A DNA stretch of 64,000 nt from Octopus sinensis (taxonomy: Eukaryota). The stretch covers positions 108,252,001-108,316,000 of the forward strand of contig NC_042997.1 of NCBI RefSeq assembly GCF_006345805.1, given 5' to 3'. The position numbers and the translations under genes are program-made. The first letter of the stretch is position 1. Every line of letters starts with the position of its first letter. Shown here piece after piece: positions 51,845 to 63,361 of the stretch. The notes beneath the pieces are model-generated. The model was not told the origin of the DNA and ran no database searches. It worked only from the letters and a program-made list of their open reading frames with translations.

Positions 51845-51929
51845 AACAACAGACAAGATGAAGACAAATATCCGTCAAATGTAAATAATGTAAATAATGA
51901 TTGTTTCTAATTTAGGTACAGAGTCTAAG

Positions 51930-52725
51930 TACCTAGAGAGAAATGTTGGACCTAAGAATCTTCAGATGTGGTGTGCAAGAGAGACGACTGCACTGGTATG
52001 GTCATGTGGCGAGAATGGATGAGGATAGCTGTGTGAAAAAGTGCCACACCCTAGCGGTTGAGGGAGCCTGTGGAAGAGGTAGACCCAGGAAGACCTGGGA
52101 TGAAGTGGTGAAGCACGACCTTAGAACTTTAGGCCTCACCGAGGAAATGACTAGTGACCGAGACTTTTGGAAATATGCCGTACGCGAGAAGACCTGGCAA
52201 GCCAAATGAGATCATAATCTCGTGGCCTATGCCAGGGGCATTACCTGCCCACTTTGTACCTTTTTCTTCTTTGGACACTAAAACTCTGCTTGCCAAGAGC
52301 TGTTGAGGCAAGTACAATCAAATCAAAAATCAAAATCAAAATCAAATTCGATGACTGGTGTCCCTGCTATTGGGGTGCAAAGAGCACCATACAAGTGTGA
52401 TCATTGACAGAGCAGCTAACCGGCTTCCATGCCAGTGGCACATAAAAGGCACCATTTGAGTGTGATCGTTACCAGCATTGCCTTACTGGCACATGTAAAA
52501 ACATTCAAGCGAGGTCGTTGCCAATACTGCCTGACTGGCCCCCGTGCCGGTGGCACGTAAAAGCACCCACTACACTCTTGGAGTGGTTGGCATTAGGAAG
52601 GGCATCCAGCTGTAGAAACTTTGCCAGATCAAGACTGGAGCTTGATGCAGCCATCTGGTTCGCCAGCCCTCAGTCAAATCATCCAACCCATGCTAGCATG
52701 GAAAGCAGATGTTAAATGATGATAT
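51930..52725 (+). mobile_element. RTE LINE 3' end (ORF2 C-terminus + UTR + (GAT)n)
   Basis: ORF 51943-52209: ERRLHWYGHVARM...RGRPRKTWDEVV. Confidence 0.93.
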
Positions 52726-53726
52726 ATATATATACAAACATATATATATAATAGTGATGTTATAATAATAGCAAGGTGACATGACATAGTAATAATACTC
52801 TCATATACTCTTGTCACATGACATATAGTAACTGTGTCATTGTCATATGACATAGTAACAATGACTTGTATTAATTCATGCCATGTCGACTTACATGAAT
52901 TGACATTTGATCTGTTTTTATATTAAATATTGTCATCATCATCGTCATCATTATCTAACGTGTGATGTATTATTATACATTGTCATAACTGTGTTTCATA
53001 ATTAAACTGCAACTAACCTCACCATCTAAGAAACGACACCATGACTAGCTCTAAGTGTTGAAAAATGATGGGATGGTCACGGCTGGAGTGTCTTTGATCC
53101 TTGGCCTTTCTAATCAAGGCTGGCCCCAGAAACTAAACAACAAGTGACCTGTTAAGTTTCCCCCTCATCACCTCCTTCTGTCACATCACCCTAAACTCGT
53201 TCTCATTAACACCACCATACACCTCCTCCGCCCCCATCTTCCCTGTCATGTGGTCCTCCTCGTCCTTGGCATTGCTCTTCTCCCACATTTCACACACTGC
53301 TGCTAATCAAACCACCTAGGCTTATTATGACAAAAGCACTCACCATCCTCCATTCGCTACCAACCACCAGATATTGTTGTTGTTGCTGTTGTCTTTCATC
53401 ATATTACATTATAAATTAGTCACTGCTTCACCTATTTCCCTCCTTTTCCTCCCGTTACCCATAATGCATTCCTCAATGAAGATAATAAATTTCCTCTTAA
53501 TTTATGTCTCGGATTTTATTTCAACTTTTTTAACAGCAACTTATTTTTTCTTTTTGGAGGATTTTTTTTTTTTTTGTGGTTTACAGTAAAATGAAATGAA
53601 TAAATAAAACCTAACAAAATGAGTATTATTTGGTGAATATTTACTCCAGAATTTGTGTGTGTGTGTGTGTGAGAGAGTGTGTGTATGTGGGAGAGTGAGA
53701 GAGAGAGAGAGTGTATGTGGGAGAGA

Positions 53727-53764
<38 letters not shown>

Positions 53765-53969
53765 ATGCCTGTGTGTGTGCATGCCAGTGTGTGTTGTGTG
53801 AATGTGTGTGTATGTATGTATGTATAGTAGTGAATTGTCAAAATGTTGACCACGGGTTCTGTATAAAAGATTCCGGATCCAGCAATAAATTATTGCTACA
53901 TGTATTACATCATGAACATATGATACTAGAATATTGCTACATTAAAATACCATCAGATTAATGTGTAAT

Positions 53970-54190
53970 ATTGGTTTCAAATTTTGGTTTAAGGACAGCA
54001 ATTTTCAGGGAACGGGGATAAGTTGATTACATCAACCCCAGTGCGTAACTGGTACTAATTTTATTGACTGCAAAAGGATGAAAAGCAAAGTCAACCTTAG
54101 CAGAATTTGAACTCAGAACACAAACACGGTCTAAATGCTGCTAAGCATTTTGCCCATGTATGCTAACGATTCTGCCAGCTCACCACCTTC
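53970..54190 (-). mobile_element. SINE family A
   Basis: Family core. Confidence 0.8.
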
Positions 54191-54301
54191 ATCATCATCA
54201 TCATCATTTAGCATCCGTTCTCCTAATGTTATATTATAATATCGCCTCATTAACATTTCACCTCATTAACATTTCGCCTCATTAACATATCACCTCATCC
54301 G

Positions 54302-54339
<38 letters not shown>

Positions 54340-54584
54340 GCATAGACATATATATATATATATGCATAGACATATATATATATATATGCATAGACATATA
54401 TATATGTGTTTGTATGTATATGTACAAGCATGTGTGAGTATGTATATAGAAGTATATACATATGTGTGTGTGTGTATATGTGGATTCTATGAATGAAGTT
54501 TTACTTTGACCATGCCTATTGGTGTAATTTCCCTTTATTTAACCTTTTTTTTTTTTTGGTTTATTTTTCATAGCATTTTGTCTT

Positions 54585-54645
54585 AATAACTGATGAGATG
54601 CTGGAGCAGACTTCAGCCCCGGTATCCGAAACTCTGAATTTTATT
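54585..54645 (+). ncRNA. Type I hammerhead ribozyme, family H5 (diverged solo copy ending in (TA)n)
   Basis: AATAA-CTGATGA-GATGCTGG...CCGGTATC-C-GAA-ACTC(T)GAAT-T/TTATT. Confidence 0.7.
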
Positions 54646-54667
54646 ATGACAACCAACTAATTGTCAC

Positions 54668-54699
<32 letters not shown>

Positions 54700-54702
<3 letters not shown>

Positions 54703-55105
54703 TTATATTTTTACCTGTTTCAGCCATTTGACTGCGGCCATGCTGGAGCACCGCCTTTAGTCAAGCAAATCAACCCCAGGACTTTTGCAAGCCTAGTACT
54801 TATTCTATTGGTCTCTTTTGCTGAACCGTTAAGTTACTGGGACATAAACACACCAGCATCGGTTGTCAAGCGATGGTGGGGGGACAAACACGGATACACA
54901 AAGGCACACACATACACACACACATGTACATACATATATATACAATGAGCTTCTTTCGGTTTCCATCTACCAAATCCACTCACAAGGCTTTGGTTGGCCT
55001 GAGGCTATAGTAGAAGACACTTGCCCAAAGTGCCACGCAGTAGGACTGAACCTGGAACCATGTGGTTGGTAAGCAAGCTACTTACCACACATCCATGCCT
55101 GTGGC
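54700..55105 (-). mobile_element. tRNA-derived SINE family B, near full length
   Basis: Reverse complement of the family consensus. Confidence 0.9.
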
Positions 55106-55933
55106 TGTGTGGTTCACATATCAGAAGAGGGTAAACCATGTTGCAATTGCATTGCAGTGGTTGTTGAGAAGAAAGAGTGAGAATAGCAAGTTTGGTGTTT
55201 TGTCTGTGATTGAAGCAATAAGGTTGCCGAGTAATGGGATAGAGAGGGGAGGTGGGAAGGTAGGGATGTGAGGGGAATGAAGGAGAAGGAGGTCAGGGTT
55301 GGACACAATGATGAAAGTAGATATAACCTGAAAAAGGGATAGAGTTAAAGGGACTGGCTAAAGTTTTAAGGGAATGGAGAATAAGAAGGTGCAGTACATC
55401 AGAGAACCATAGAATTATTGTTACCATGACAACAGGTTAAAGCATTGTGGGAAGGAGGAGCAGGAGGTAGTAGGATGTAAGAACATATGCAAACATGCAG
55501 TTACACTGATGCACAGTAACACACACACACACACATACACAGATGTACATATGAACACTCATGTCCGTTTCCTTACTATCACGATGGCAAATAAACTTTT
55601 TGGTGAAATACAAAATTTTAAGCAACAAAAATCGGATTAGGTTTCATTTCCAAACATTTGCCTTTTTTCTTTTATTTCTGTTGAAATTTGTTTCAATTAA
55701 TTTAGGAAACAACGATTAATTAAGTAAAATAGCTTTGTCATTATTAAGCTCATCTTTTGAAATGTAATGATGAAATTTTGATGGAAATAAGGTTTTTAAT
55801 TTAGATTATTTTAAAATCATGAAGGTTGATCTGAAAAGCCTTAACAATTCACTTGAATTGGTAGCTTCAGTGTTCACAGTAATATGACACTGTGGTGTCA
55901 AGAGGCACTGTACCATTTCTATGAAGGTCTCTC

Positions 55934-55973
<40 letters not shown>

Positions 55974-56084
55974 AGCATCAAACTGTTTGTTAACATTTAT
56001 CAACTGAAAACCAATTGTTAAAGAGTTTTTGAATGAATTAATGTGACCTCATTATGTATGTCTCTCTCTTCTGTGTGTGTGTGT

Positions 56085-56425
56085 GTGTCATCATCATTAT
56101 CGTTGTTGTCTAACATCCGCTTTCCATGCTGGCATGGGTTGGACGGTTTGACTGAAGACAGGCGAGCCAGAAGGCTGCACCAGGCTCCAGTCTGATCTGG
56201 CAAAGTTTCTACAGCTGGATGCCCTTCCTAATGCCAACCACTCCAAGAGTGTAGTGGGTGCTTTTACATGCCACTGGCTTTAGGGCCAGTCAGGCAGTAC
56301 TGGCATCGACCACGTTTGGATGGTGGTTTTTATGTGCCACCTGCATAGGAGTCAGTCTGGTGGCACTGGCAATGACCATGCTCAAATGTTGCTTTTCACA
56401 TGCCACCAGCACAAGTGCCAGTAAG
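56085..56425 (-). mobile_element. RTE 3' UTR fragment
   Basis: Family motifs. Confidence 0.88.
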
Positions 56426-56441
56426 GCAACATGTATATATA

Positions 56442-56483
<42 letters not shown>

Positions 56484-56661
56484 ATGTAAATAAACAAAAA
56501 AAAATGACGTCAAAAACTACAAATTGAAATTAACTGGTCAAAAAATAGGATAAGTTGAAGAGAACAAAAGAATGTCCAGAAAATCAAAAAATAATTCTCA
56601 TATCATTTATATATAATATATATATTAGATGAAAAAATAATAAATAGATATAACCAAAGCT

Positions 56662-57048
56662 GCAGGCGTGGTAAGGAGGTTGCTTCCCAACCACATGGTT
56701 CTGGGTTCAATCCCACTGCATGGCACCTTAGGCAAGTATCTTCTACTATATAGCCTTTGACTGACCAAAGCCTTTGAATGGATTTGGTAGATGGAAACTG
56801 AAAAAAAACCTGTCGTGTGTGTGTGTGTATATATATATATATTTATGTGTTTGTGTCTGTTTGTCCCCCCCACCATCACTTGACAACTGATGTTGGTGTG
56901 TTTATGCCCCTGTAACTTAGTGGTTCAGCAAAAGAGACCAAAAGAATAAGTACTAGGCTTACAAAGAATAAGTCCTGGGGTTGATTTGTTCAATGAAAGG
57001 TGGTGCTCCAGCATGGCCACAGTCAAATGATGGAAATGCGTAAAAGAG
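56662..57048 (+). mobile_element. tRNA-derived SINE family B (CORE-like gcaccttaggcaagt segment)
   Basis: Head with B box gggttcaatccc, internal (TG/TA)n, and ggtgctccagcatggccacagtc near the 3' end. Confidence 0.88.
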
Positions 57049-57479
57049 GAAATAATTGAGAACAACTAAAGTAAAAATATTGCATACAGATAAATTGATA
57101 AAGTATATATCATCATCATAGACATGTTTTCCACTGCTGGCCTGAAGTTGAATGGTTTGACAGAAGCTGCAAACCCTGAGGGCTGCACCAGGTTCTATTT
57201 ATCTGTTCTGGTATGGATTCTACAGATGGATGTCTTTTCTAACACCAACCGCTTTACAGAGTCTACTGGGTGCTTTTTATGTGGCACCTGCACACACACA
57301 CACACACACACACATAACGTTGTGCAGAAGCATGTATATTTATTGAGTATAACCAAAGTGAAATGTTCATTTATATACCAAGATATATTTCTTTGAGACA
57401 CATTATGTATTCATATATTATATTATATTCCACATATTTATTAATGAAATGCTGTTTAGAAGTTTTCCGGGATGGATAT

Positions 57480-57855
57480 GAGACGCTACTAAAATAATTA
57501 ATATATTCTTCACAGAGGCAGTGACCGAGACCTTTTGCATTATGTCGTGTTTAAGAAGATGACCCATTAAGCCAAGCAAAATCACAGTTGTGGCAGATAT
57601 TGGTGTCACACAAACTGGCACCTGTGCCAGTGGCACATAAACGCACCCTGATATTATGCAGATGGCAGCCATGCTGGTGGCACATAAAAACACTCTCGGA
57701 TTGGTTGGCATTAGGAAGGGCATCCAGCCATAGAAAACCGTGCCAAATCAGACTGCAGTCTGGTGCAGCCTTCCAGCATGCCAGCCCAGTCAAACCATCT
57801 AACCCATGCCAGCATGGATAATGGACATTAAATGATGATGATGATAATGATGATG
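57480..57855 (+). mobile_element. RTE 3' UTR (same subfamily as 2390-2993)
   Basis: gagaccttttg.....tgtcgtgtttaagaag, family 3' end, (GAT)n. Confidence 0.8.
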
Positions 57856-57860
57856 ATAAA

Positions 57861-58091
57861 GGCAGCGAGCTGGCAGAAACGTTAACACGCCAGACGAAAT
57901 GCTTAGCGGTATTTCGTCTGTCTTTACATTCTGAGCTCATATTCCGCCATGGTCGACTTTGTCTTTCATCCTTTCGGGGTCAATTAAATAAGTACCAGTT
58001 ATGCACTGGGGTCGATATAATCGACTTAATCCGTTTGTCTGTCCTTGTTTGTCCTCTCTGTGTTTAGCCCCTTGTGGGTAGTAAAGAAATA
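57861..58091 (+). mobile_element. SINE family A, best-preserved copy
   Basis: ggcagcgagctggcagaaacgttaac...cccttgtgggtagtaaagaaata. Confidence 0.88.
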
Positions 58092-59709
58092 AATAGATGA
58101 TGATAATGATGATTCTTGAATGTATAAGTTCATTCAGTAATTGGATTTTATACATAAACCTGATGAGTCAATATTTTGGCATTATTAAGCATAATAATAT
58201 CGAAGCAATATATTGTTACACATATCAAAATAATATAGCAATACTTTTAAAATACCCATGAAACAATTGTAAAATATTGTAATAGATTGAATTGTTAACT
58301 CTATTCTCTTTGTTAATAATTATATAAACTCCACGGGTGTAAGATATGGATTGTCAGATATGTTATCAGTAAAACTATCCATTTCCATTTTGATATGTCT
58401 GTCTGATCGCAACTGTTACCCATTTTTGAGCTGAATAAAGCAAACTCCAGGGTTAAAACCCAAATGAAATTGATATTACATAAACATATGGTGGGGCTAT
58501 TTATGTGTGTGTGTGTGTGTGTTTAAATAAAAGGAAAACTATACTGAACAATGTTTATTAAAGTCACTCTCCCTCTTTCATTCTCTCTCTCTCTCTCTCT
58601 CTGTATGTATGTATGTGTATATATATATAATTATAGCATCACTGCCACTGCAGTTCCATCTTCCCCACCACTCCCTGCTGTTGTTCCTTTAAGTCATTTT
58701 TTTTTTTTTTGTATTTTAATTACTAACAGACACACAACAAAAGTCATATGATTCAACCACAACAACAAGTTACTACAGAATAACCAACAGAGCAAAGTGA
58801 GGGACTGGAGTGCGGGTGGTGTGGAGTTAGTGGTGATGGGGGGGAGCCATACATGACACTGAGAGCAATGGAATATTTCAATCTTAAAATGTTGCACAGA
58901 ATGGCAGACTCAGTAGTAAAACAGTTCTAAATAATGTGCATATAAGTATGTGTAATACATGCATGCACACACACACGTCTTTGCATCAAGAAATGGTTTA
59001 ACAATCATCATCATCATCAAACTCCCACTTACCTCTCTGTGTTGACAATAGAGAGAGAGAGGGAGGAGACAGTTGTATAGTCCCACCATGATAAGGTATT
59101 AGCAAAGGGAGTGTTCTTCCAGCAAGGGCCCAAGTGAAAGAAGTAGAACTGAATTTGGGTTCTGTAGTTTTATATTTTACTAAGTTAGGTCAGGCTAAAC
59201 GATGGTTTTTTTCGTCTGTTATCTGCCCTGATCTAAATTTGACTTGAAATTAGCACAAGTTAAAAATTAACTCTCATAAATTTGTTTATGCAAAAGCTGA
59301 GAACAATAAAAAGGAATTCACAGAAAAATCTAGATTCTAAGAAGCAAGTGAACTACAAAGGCACCAATTCCACTGAATGTCACCGATTCCCTCACCAATC
59401 TACTACAAGCCTCCATTCACAATTCTGCCATTTCCTCTCTCGCTCTTTACGACAACAACCTTTGCTCTCCTCCACTTGTGTCTCTTCCTGTATTTCCCTT
59501 CGGCCTCAACACCACCCTCACCATTCACCTCCCAACTCATTGACAAACCTTCAAACATCATCACAACTGCATCCTCCACTTTTGTCCCCCATAAACAATG
59601 TGTCTTCATGGAATTGTTCTCAACAGTTGTGATGACATTGTTGTTGGTGGTGGTGGTGGTGGTGCTACAGTTTGCTCTGTAAAGAAATAATTTTAGATCT
59701 TAGTCAGTC

Positions 59710-60088
59710 CTTTTTCGATGAAGCAACAGCCTGGACGCTTACCCAAAATCTAGAAACCAGCTAGATAGAACTTACACCCAAACGTTAAGAGCAGTCTTAA
59801 ATACATCTTGGAGAAATCATCCCACCAAGAAACTGCTGCTTGTTTCCACCATTATAAGGGGAAGTCATTTGCGCTTTGCAGGACATTGGCTGGCAAAATA
59901 AACAAGAGCTGGCCAGTGACCCATTGCTGTGGATGCCAAAACATGGTCATACTTGAACAGGTTGTCTGTACACAATGTAAATCAAACTTTACAGAGACAC
60001 TGGATGCTTCCCTGACGACCTCCCTCAACGGATGCAAGACCAAGATGGATGGCATATGCGGGTTGAAAGATGACGATGATGATGATGT
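59710..60088 (+). mobile_element. 3' end of a second, unrelated RTE-clade LINE family with (GAT)n tail
   Basis: Frameshifted translation ATAWTLTQNLE..LRAVLNTSWRNHPTKK...FAGH...ELASDPLLWMPKHG...EDTGC..DLP..MQD..GW. Confidence 0.75.
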
Positions 60089-60454
60089 CATAATTATTAA
60101 TTTTGTTATGTCCCAGCACCTTGTTGTACTATTCTCTCTCTCTCTCCAATGTCAATAAAATCCAAAATGTCATTTTTCCTTTCCATTCCAGTGAGAAGGC
60201 CATTGCCGTGACAGGGGACAGGGGACCACAAATTGCTGCTGATTGGTAAGCAACAGTTTTATTTGTGTTGTTATAGTTTTAGAATTTATTCTTTTATTGA
60301 TTGTTAGTCAATAAACTGTGGCCATGCTGGAGCACCACTTTTAACAGTTTATGTCAACACGTTCTGATACACGTTTGATTATTCTTGATAAAAACAAAAT
60401 GTAAAAAAAGAAAGACATTGATGTGAAGGGAAATAACTTAACATTAATTGCACA

Positions 60455-60705
60455 GATTTGGTAGATGGAAACTGAAAGAAGCCTGTCAAGTGTGTGTGTT
60501 TGTGTGTATTAGTCCCCTACCGCTGCTTGACAACTGGCATTGGTGTGTTTATGTCCCTATAACTTAACAAGTTGGCAAAAGAGACTGATAGAAAAGGACC
60601 AGGGTTTAAAAAAATGAGTCTTGGCGTTGATGATTTGTTTGACTAAAATTCTGCAGGGTAGTGCCCCAGCATGACCACAATCGAATGTCTGAAACAAGTA
60701 AAAGA

Positions 60706-60706
<1 letters not shown>
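60455..60706 (+). mobile_element. SINE family B, 3' part
   Basis: gatttggtagatggaaactgaaagaagcc...gaaacaagtaaaaga. Confidence 0.8.
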
Positions 60707-60741
<35 letters not shown>

Positions 60742-60762
60742 ATGTATATAATATGAACTGTT

Positions 60763-60832
<70 letters not shown>

Positions 60833-60973
60833 AGTTTGATTCAAAATCATTGGTACACCAAGTTTCAAGTGTGATGCTAATCTTCAGCCATTTTGAATTT
60901 GATTTAAATTCAAAATAGCTGAAGATTAGCATCACACTTGAAACTTGGTGTACCAATGATTTTGAATCAAACT
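60833..60973. repeat. Near-perfect 141-bp palindrome (68-bp arms, 5-nt loop)
   Basis: One mismatch between the arms (cagccattttg vs caaaatagctg). Confidence 0.95.
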
Positions 60974-61342
60974 TTTGATCCATACATGTAACTCCTAATA
61001 AATTTGTTGAGTGCCCTTCTGTCATCTGTCCACTCACTTGTGTGTGTGTGTATATACACACACACACACACACATATATGTATGTATGTATGTATGTATA
61101 TGTATATGTATATATGTATGTATCATCATCATCCAGTGTTTTAAATCCGGGTTTTGTCCCCATTAACGAGTGTAGCCTGATCTACCTCAGTGCCATAGCG
61201 ACCACCCTCACACAATCTCGCCATCTTGCCTCCCAATCTCAAACCAACCCTCCCAATCTCCTCCTCCACCTATCCCCTCCACGTTTTCCTCGGTCTACCT
61301 AGCTTTTGCAAAGTAGAGAGAGGAAAGCCTCATGGTATATGC

Positions 61343-61374
<32 letters not shown>

Positions 61375-61376
61375 AT

Positions 61377-61416
<40 letters not shown>

Positions 61417-61744
61417 CAATATATAAAGTGTTCATCCCTTCACAACAAAGCAGAAAGAGATAAAAAAAGAGAAAACAACTTGGTTAGGATCTGTTATTGT
61501 TGTAGAACAAGTGTTTGTTGCTGCTGAAGTGTCTGCTGCCTGGCCAAACAGCTGTTGCCACATGTGTCTCCTATCACATAATCTGCCATTGCTGGTGCCT
61601 TATAGCAACCCGACTAGTGTGGATGGAGATCTGTACCTGATTGATTATTGTTTATAGATCTGTGTATGAGGCCAGGTGTAACACTAAACCACACTGGCTT
61701 CTGCACTTGGTTGAACACGAACCAAGCCAGCTGCTCTTCGTTTT

Positions 61745-62080
61745 AACCTTTACTTGCTTCGGTCATTAGACTGTGGCCATGCTGGGGCACTGCCTTGAAG
61801 AATTTCAGTGGAATGAATTGATTTCAATACTTACTTTTTAAAGTTGGGTACCTATTCTATTGGTCTCTTTTGCCAAACTACCAAGAGGTGGTGGTGGTGG
61901 GACAAATAAACACACACACACTTATGTGTATTCAACAGGCTTCTTTCATTTTCTCTCTACCTAGTCCACTCAAAAGGCTCCAGGTGGCCTACAACTGTAG
62001 TAAAAGACAGTTGTTCAAGGTGGCACAATGCTGGACTGAACCCAGAACCATGCCATTGGGAAACAAACTTCTTACCACAC
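61745..62080 (-). mobile_element. SINE family B (diverged)
   Basis: Family motifs. Confidence 0.65.
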
Positions 62081-62574
62081 CACCACCACACCTGATCCTA
62101 TTAACAAAAGCCACACCTGTTTTCTCATCTCTTGTCCTTCATCTTTACTGATGCCATTGGCTTGGCTCTCTTATTTTCTATTTCCTTCCAAACTAAAAAC
62201 TTTATTTATATTAAAATTTCAGTTAATTTTCAACTTCCACTGCAATCTCCTCCTGTGCCATGATTCTCACTGCTATATTAACTCAAATTGACTAACAGCA
62301 GATGGAAATATTCTAAAATAAACGACTTACTCTAATTACATTCATTAATCCTGTTCGCCGAAATAATCCTTAATTTTTGACAAGCAGCTCTACCTGTTTT
62401 ACAACTGAAAAAACACTTTCCTTTTCATTTCAACATCATTTTCTTTACAATTTCTCTTTTCTTTCCCCACCCCCACCCCTTTACCAAATAAATAAATAAA
62501 AACTTCCCAGTTTATTGCTATTTTATGATCAATTAAAAACCATTTTATTTCATCCTATGATATTTATCATATTT

Positions 62575-62609
<35 letters not shown>

Positions 62610-62615
<6 letters not shown>

Positions 62616-63116
62616 CAATAAGAGGCTTCCAAATAGGAAAGCGTTGTGCTAGAAAGAGCAGTAGAAATCTCAAGACCACAAAAGAGGATAATTTCACGAA
62701 AGGAATGAAAATTAAAAACGTTTACCATCTCAACTATTTCCCAGACCGCAGTTTCTAACTATTTCCAGCAAAATAATATTTGCTGAAGGCCAGTTTTCTT
62801 CAGTAGGATAGCCTTTAGATTTCAGACATACAGACCGCCAGATCCACATGTAGAACTAACGGTTTGTAAATCCTAACTTTTCAAACCACTGCGCAGATGC
62901 AGATTATACCCGGCGACAGAGAGGATGCCGGTAAAAATTTCGAACGAATTTATCAAACAATATTTAAACATAATAAAATAGGGTAATAATAAATTATTGT
63001 TGTAAGACACTGGTAATAATAATAATTTATTACCCTATTCTATTATATATTTGTGATCTTGAGATTTCTACTGCTCTTTCTAGCACAACGCTTTCCTATT
63101 TGGAAGCCTCTTATTG

Positions 63117-63122
<6 letters not shown>
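62610..63122. mobile_element. Inverted-pair element, family H7, flanked by (TA)n on both sides
   Basis: 62610-62682 is the reverse complement of 63050-63122; the hammerhead lies inside; a nested hairpin sits at about 62975-63045. Confidence 0.8.
62733..62812 (-). ncRNA. Type I hammerhead ribozyme, family H7 (best-formed in the window)
   Basis: GCTATCCTA-CTGAAGA-A-AACT..CAGCAAA(TATTAT)TTTGCTG..AGTT-A-GAA-ACTGCGGT-C/TGGG-AA-ATAGT; GUC site between 62744 and 62743. Confidence 0.8.
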
Positions 63123-63148
<26 letters not shown>

Positions 63149-63149
63149 T

Positions 63150-63350
63150 TGTACTTGTATCACTCATTTGCCTGCAGCCATACTAGAACTCTGCCTTAAA
63201 GTGTTTTTTAGTGAAAGAAATCGACCCCAGGACTTATTCTTTGTTTTATCACTCACTTATTCTATCATTCACTTTTGGTGAACTGCTAAGTTATGGACAC
63301 ATAAACACACCAACGTTGGTTGTCAAGCAATGGTGGTGGGACAAACACAC
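63150..63350 (-). mobile_element. SINE family B, 3' part
   Basis: cgaccccaggacttattc...ttggttgtcaagcaatggtgg. Confidence 0.7.
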
Positions 63351-63361
63351 ATGCATAAATA

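Larger units (their letters stand above)
51438..51897. mobile_element. Inverted-pair Penelope-like terminal-repeat element, family H6
   Basis: Arms about 51438-51625 (-) and 51738-51897 (+) are reverse complements; 3' ends face outward. Confidence 0.8.

Noticed and set aside
58155-58225. CTGATGAG...CGAAGCAATATATTGTT with a palindrome
   Set aside because: GAAG instead of GAAA and no stem I partner.
60915-60955. CTGAAGA...GAAAC in the arms of the 141-bp palindrome
   Set aside because: No stem II pairing, G at position 17, and no stem I; not a hammerhead.
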